Shown here in pieces: positions 58,386 through 64,000 of a stretch of 64,000 nt of DNA. The DNA lies in NCBI RefSeq assembly GCF_009834535.1, contig NC_045696.1, forward strand, positions 58,034,001-58,098,000, in the 5' to 3' direction. Position numbers and translations under genes: made by a program. A model generated the notes under the pieces. It had not been told where the DNA came from and searched no databases. It saw only the letters and a program-made list of their open reading frames with translations. Every line of letters begins with the position of its first letter. The first letter of the stretch is position 1. This DNA comes from Camelus ferus (taxonomy: Eukaryota).

Positions 58386-58809
58386 CCCAAACAAACAAAA
58401 AACCAAAGTACTTCGCATATGCAATCTATTCACATACTTCCTCACTGTTTCTTTTGGATCCAGCCACAATCCTCTCTGAGTCTAAAAGGTCTGAGAACTT
58501 GGATATGGCTATTTTCCCCTCTGTGCTACTCTGTAAATGTCCCAAAAGTCCAGGAGAGGAGACTGGGACATCATTAATTAGGGGAAAATAAGGCTGCACA
58601 TAGAACATTCTAAGTATATCCTCCAAGCAACAGATCACTTAAACTCACATAACTCCTGGAGCCAGGAACTATCAAAAAGATTGCCCACCTTAGCCCTCCC
58701 ATCACTTAAGATCCACAGGCAGATGGAGAGAAAACTACCTAAGGTGATATGATACTGCATTGTGCCTCCACGCTGGCGCAAACTAAAGTTTAGAGTTGAA
58801 AGGGGCCAT

Positions 58810-58957
58810 AAATACCATCTGGTCCAGTAGTTCTGAAACCAGGCTCCCTGGCATCCCCTTAGGAGCCTGAGGGTAGTAGCAAGGCCTCTTCCTTTCAACA
58901 ACCTGCTCTGGTCTATTTTATTTAGGTTTGAAGAAAGGGTGTTCCTGCTTTCAAACA
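58810..58957 (+). repeat. Direct repeat, copy 1 (hAT/MER-like start CAGTAGTTCTGAAA)
   Basis: Matches 60247-60396, including the exact 23-mer AAACCAGGCTCCCTGGCATCCCC. Confidence 0.85.
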
Positions 58958-59257
58958 AAATTTTGTGAACTACTAAAGCAGACTCTTATTACAGAGCTAA
59001 GCAGACAACTGTCTCGCTGAACTGGAAGTGGACTCCTGCAAGTTCTAGGATCAGCTTTCTGAAAGTAAACCTGATCATGGCTGAGAGACACAACACATGC
59101 AAATCACCATTTAAACTGTCCCCTTACTTTGCAAAGGAGGAGACGGAGCCAGGGGTTAGGTGATCTGTGCTGATTGTGAGGCAGGCTGATAGGATGGAGC
59201 TGGGATTAAACCTTGGAGCCCTGCTGCCTACCTGACACTCGTTCCTCTTCCTGTGCA

Positions 59258-59293
59258 ACACACACACATACACACACTCTCTCTCTCTCTCTC
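59258..59293. repeat. (CA)n(CT)n microsatellite
   Basis: acacacacacatacacacactctctctctctctctc, about 40 nt from an HSPBAP1 donor site. Confidence 0.85.
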
Positions 59294-59334
59294 TTCATCT
59301 CTCCCTCATGCATGCACATGCATCTGTGCATTAC

Positions 59335-59471
59335 CTTCCTTGTACCTGGAAGACTAGGTTGCAACCATAGGAGTCCAGATGACAGGGTGTGTGGGCCCCC
59401 ATGGAGCCAATCCACAATGTACTTTCCCATCCATTTCTTCCAGGAAACCCGAAGTCAGACCATATCACATC
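59335..59471 (-). CDS. HSPBAP1: HSPBAP1 exon (JmjC HxD motif)
   Basis: DVIWSDFGFPGRNGWESTLWIGSMGAHTPCHLDSYGCNLVFQVQG(R); 137 nt; phase matches the next exon. Confidence 0.95.
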
Positions 59472-60246
59472 CTGTTTTGAAAATAAAGTGACAGCCCATC
59501 AAGAACCAACCAACTTTGCTGTACAGTGGTGTTACACATCTTCACTTTCACATCTGGTTTGGGGCACTTGGAACACTCCCTTATAGAAAACGCTACAGAC
59601 GGAGGAGGTTAGGTTTCCAGGGCAGTCTTTGCAGTCTTTTTAACCAATAACAAATCTGCATTACCTCACTAATAGTAGTTATTCAGCAAATATTTACTGT
59701 CTGCCTACAACACGCCTGGCATTGTTCAAGAAGCGTGTGATGAATCAATAAAAAAAAAATGCCCACCCAAATGAAGCTTACGTTTTAGAGGCTGGAGACT
59801 GACAATAAACACAGTCATGAAGATATCTAGGGGAAATGCCTCAGACAGCAGGAACAGCAATGGAAAAAAAAGATTTTTTTTCTTTTAATCTCTAAAGCTC
59901 AGCTTAGGAAGCCAGGAAGGCATATTCCCTCTAAGCAGTACAGGTATTTCGAGGCATGTATTAACTTTTTGTACATCAACGACCACAGGAAAGAAGTCTT
60001 CTCCTAGGTTAGTGGAGTTACTTAAAACTATCAATGCTGGAGCCTTAGTTCATACCTACTAAATCGGAGTCTCCAGGTGGGGGAGGCACAGCATATCTTT
60101 TGAAATACTTTTGCTATGCAACTCAAGAGTCACAAACTCCTTAAGTGTAATGAACTTTCAAACAGAGACGGCACAGTGCTTTGAATCTGGCACTCCTTAT
60201 ATCCAGTTCTGTGGACAGACCATGCCCAAGTCAATTACTGACCCAC

Positions 60247-60396
60247 AAATAGCACCTGATCCAGTAGTTCTCAAACCAGGCTCCCTGGCATCCCCGTTAG
60301 GGCCCTGGGGGTAGCAGGAAAGGCTCTTCCTTTCAACAAACTGCTCTGGTCCATTTTCTTTACGTTTGAAGGAAGAAGGGTGTTCTTGCTTTTAAA
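60247..60396 (+). repeat. Direct repeat, copy 2
   Basis: Matches 58810-58957. Confidence 0.85.
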
Positions 60397-61474
60397 GTTA
60401 GAAAACTATAAACGTAGTTTGACACAAACTCAAATCCATGAAAGTTAAAATATATATAAGCTAGAAAAGAAAAAGAACATACCAGGGAATCAGACAGGAT
60501 GGTTTTGCTTTTGTTTTTTGTTTGTTGTTTTTTGAATCATGAATTTTTCCTATTGAGTTTTAAAAACAAACAAACAAAACAAAAAACACTTCTACATGCG
60601 GAACATGGTCTTAAATGCTGACATTACTTTTATCAGTATCTTCAATCTGTATTTTTTTTTAATTTTTAGAGGCAAGGCATTAATATTATTCAAAGAGAAA
60701 GAGGATTTTGGAGAGACATTTTAATAGATGGTTTTAAGGAAGACTAGAAAAAGTATTTTCATTTTTGTTTTGAGTGATGAAAATAGCAGAGTATGTGTAT
60801 ATAACTGATATGTTATAAAAGGGGAAGTTTTTACAATCAGGCACTACTGTAAACGCACATGGCTCATATACAGCAGCTCCAGTGGGTGGGAAAGATCGTG
60901 TCCCCTCTGGATAAAGCCCACAAGCTCCATGCAGGGAGCTTACCTCTGTTTCCCAATGCCTAACATGATAACCTGGTTCAGGGTAAGTGCTTAAAACATT
61001 GGCTGGTTGGGAAGGAAAGAAGAATCTGCTGGCTTTTTCTGGGTAAATGGTTCAAGTCAAGAACATTTGTGAGCATCTATTACATACCTGGTATGACACA
61101 GAATGTTTAGAATATGAAGATTAATACAACATAGGCCCTCCTTTCAAATCTAATAATGGAAGACAGTCCCATAAATGGACCCTTCCAATATAATACAGCA
61201 CGTGCTCTGACAGAAGTGAGCAGAGGGTGTGCTAAGATCACAGAACAAGAGCTCTGGTCCAAGGAGGGGGCTTCTAATGAACTTGGTCCTTGTTGAACAA
61301 TTCAGCACATCTCAGTTTGGAATTTAAAGGCAGCTGAAAGACACGCAGTATAAAAACAAAAAATGGGGATCTGCCTTACCTAAGAAGAGGCTGGTTTAAG
61401 TGATTCTTAATCTTCTTATAGATACATCCCTTTGGGGGAATCTAATGAATGCCAACACCGCTCTCCTCAGAGAA

Positions 61475-61476
<2 letters not shown>

Positions 61477-61507
<31 letters not shown>
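61477..61507. repeat. (CA)n microsatellite
   Basis: acacatacacacacacacacacacacacaca. Confidence 0.9.
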
Positions 61508-61508
<1 letters not shown>

Positions 61509-64000
61509 TCTTCCACATACACTCTGAGGGAGTCGGTGGACCAACTCCAGGTGAGAAGTATTTCTACAGGGTGAGGGGGTGACTGACTATGAAAAACTAA
61601 CACGAGCCTTCCCTGATCTCTTATCTAACACAGAAATTACCAAAAAAGGAAAGACTGTTTTGGAATGATTAGATCAGGGTGACCTAAACTACCTAAAATT
61701 CAGCTGCAAGTTGGGTGGGAAAATCAGAGGATGAAGGGTTTGGGGGAAAGTGGCAGAGAGAGGGTGACTCAAAGTAAATTTGTCAAAAAATAGACAGCAT
61801 CCAGGGTACCTATTTTGGTTTTCCTTCCCCACGGGCTCTTGAGATTTGGGACTTTCTTGCCAATTGAGGTCAGCCACTTACTTGCAGGCAGTCAAACATC
61901 TAAAATCAGTGCAGGCCCAGGAGGAGTCTGTCTTGGGTCTTGCTAGAGACAAATGCCCCTGTTAGGCAGCTACATCAGTGAAACTAATACAGGTGCCTGG
62001 GGGGTGGGTGGCCCATTCTGGAGTCTATTCCCACTTCCACTTCAAGAGTTGGAAGCGTCTTTAGAAATCATCTCTATCCATGAAATTCTATTCTACATCA
62101 TTCTTGAAAAGAGCAAGCGTCTGGCTGATGGCTCACTACAAAATCAGTATCTGCTTTCTGGTATCTTCCAGAAGGAGGCCCGAGATTTTCTTTCTACAGA
62201 CAACAGGTTTATTTTCTCTTCTGTCAATAACATCTAATCTGAAAAACTGTCATGCCTTCGCCTTTATCTTTCTCCTTTTTTAAAATACCAGACTCAGTAG
62301 CATTAACTTTTCCTTCCAGTTTCTCTCTTCTCGACTACCTTTGTTAAAAGCCCTCTTAAAGCCTGGCTCCCCAGGATGAACCCCAGACAGAGCCCATGTA
62401 GTACCTTGTATGTGGGTCTCAACATTCTGTGATCTGGACATTATACTATCACATAGCCTTTTTTTTTTTTAAAGCAACTGGATCATACCATAGCTAATCT
62501 GGGGCTTGACTGCCTTTTTCTTATGAAGTGTTGCCTAGCTGTATCTCTTCACTCTTAACAGACTTAAGGAAAAGGCCATGGGGCCTTACATTTATCCTTC
62601 TTACACTGAATCTTAACTTTCTGCCTGGAGTTTTACAATATTTAAATCAACCTATGTACATGACTCCCAAACTTTCACCTCCAGTCCTAACTTCTCTATT
62701 TATGACTAAACCTGTATTTCAACTGCTAACAAGCTATCACTATCTGATTATTGAATCCTTGCAGTGGACAGGCCCTGACACTAGTATTTTGTATGTATTA
62801 TCTCATTTAATCCTTATGAGATTGAAGGTAGCAATACCCATTTTACATACGTAGAAACTAAGGGACAGCACTATTAAAATACATGGAGCCATTTTTGTTT
62901 GTCACAATGAACAGGACAGGGGTGCCTTGGTATTCAGTGGATGGGGGTCAGGGATACAGCTCAACACAACAAAAGAAGGTTTGGTATCTTGCACAATTTC
63001 CTTAATGCTGAAAAATCTGATCTTTGTTATCTGAGACTAGAGTTCTAGCCCTATTTCACTTATCATCAAAGGATTTTTGCATGGTTTTAACACATACTGA
63101 ATCTTCCTGAAACGTAATTACTAAATAAGTCAAGGGAAGATTGTACTTTGGGTTTTTGCAGCTTTATCAAGAGCAGTTCACCATTTTGAAAAATTAAGTC
63201 ACCAACAGCGTTGAATCTCAGGACATTTGGGTCAGCAATACATACACCAGTATCAGTCTCTGCTGGTACTGTCCTATCATGGTGACTCTACGTGTACAGA
63301 TACAAATATACTCATTTAGCCTCATTTCAGAAGGTTAAATATAAAATATTAGAAATATTCTATGGAATTTTATCTTAATTTTTGAAAATTGAACCTTTTC
63401 TGTGTAAATAGGTACAAGTATCTGATTAATTCATTATGTCTTCTAGCGTAGTCATGCTTGAATTTTTATACAATAAATCACATATTTCTGCTTAAATTTT
63501 CCTGTTAGTTTATAGCTGGGGCATTTGAATAGTTTTTAAAAATTAGGTGTGGAGGTAATTACATCACCTGCAAACTGCATTTCAAAACAGTAAAGGGGAG
63601 GCAGGATCTGACAGCAGACCACGGCTAGACCACCTCTATGGCTTTCCCAGTACAGACCACACACCTCCCTGTCTCTGTTCCTACAGTTCTCTCTGCCTGA
63701 CTGGTCTTTGTGCTGCTTCTCCCACATCCCAATTCACATTTCTCTTTCAAGACCCAATATAACTGTCACTTCTTTGAACCCGTCCAATCCCCCCATGCAA
63801 TCTGGTCATTTTCTCTTTTGGTCTCTCTTTTCCAAAGAGCTTTGATTCTTTGCCTGTCTGACCCATTCTTCTCACAGCAGTGAGAGTGATCATAAAATAT
63901 CAAGTCCTGTCCCCTCCTTGCTCTGCACTCAGAATCAGATCCAAAAGTCCTCTATCAGGTGCCTGCATGACCAGACCCCTCACCTCTCTGACACCTCCAA

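Noticed and set aside
59474..64000. Further upstream HSPBAP1 exons
   Set aside because: I found no sequence encoding the expected preceding segment (WAYADYKY-like); those exons presumably lie beyond the window.
1..64000. CRISPR array, prokaryotic operon or intact autonomous retroelement
   Set aside because: No regularly spaced repeat-spacer structure; the sequence is spliced mammalian DNA and every L1 piece is truncated with broken ORFs.

Overview
Mammalian genomic DNA, most likely camelid (tRNA-derived Vic-1-type SINEs; no Alu, B1 or Bov-A/BovB elements recognised). The + strand carries a complete 17-coding-exon PARP14 gene (ATG 1578 to TAA 42024). All its introns are GT-AG, and the exon lengths sum to 5394 nt, giving 1797 aa in one open frame (RRMs, KH-like region, three macrodomains, WWE, ART domain). 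The - strand carries the last five coding exons of the convergent neighbour HSPBAP1 (JmjC protein; 59471 down to stop at 46808); its 5' exons lie beyond the window. The rest is intronic or intergenic DNA rich in L1, L2, MIR, MER/Tigger, MLT and SINE remnants. The main observation is that PARP14 macrodomain 1, the ADP-ribosylhydrolase domain related to coronavirus Mac1, has substitutions at three active-site positions (Asn->Ser, His->Leu, and Gly->Arg in the diphosphate loop). Macrodomains 2 and 3 and the transferase triad look intact, which suggests a possible 'writer without eraser' PARP14. Also notable are a dense ISRE/GAS/STAT6/kB promoter, a perfect kB+ISRE pair in intron 1, a diverged promoter copy in intron 1 and two other local duplications. 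Comparisons with human proteins and repeat consensuses are from memory, not from a computed alignment.
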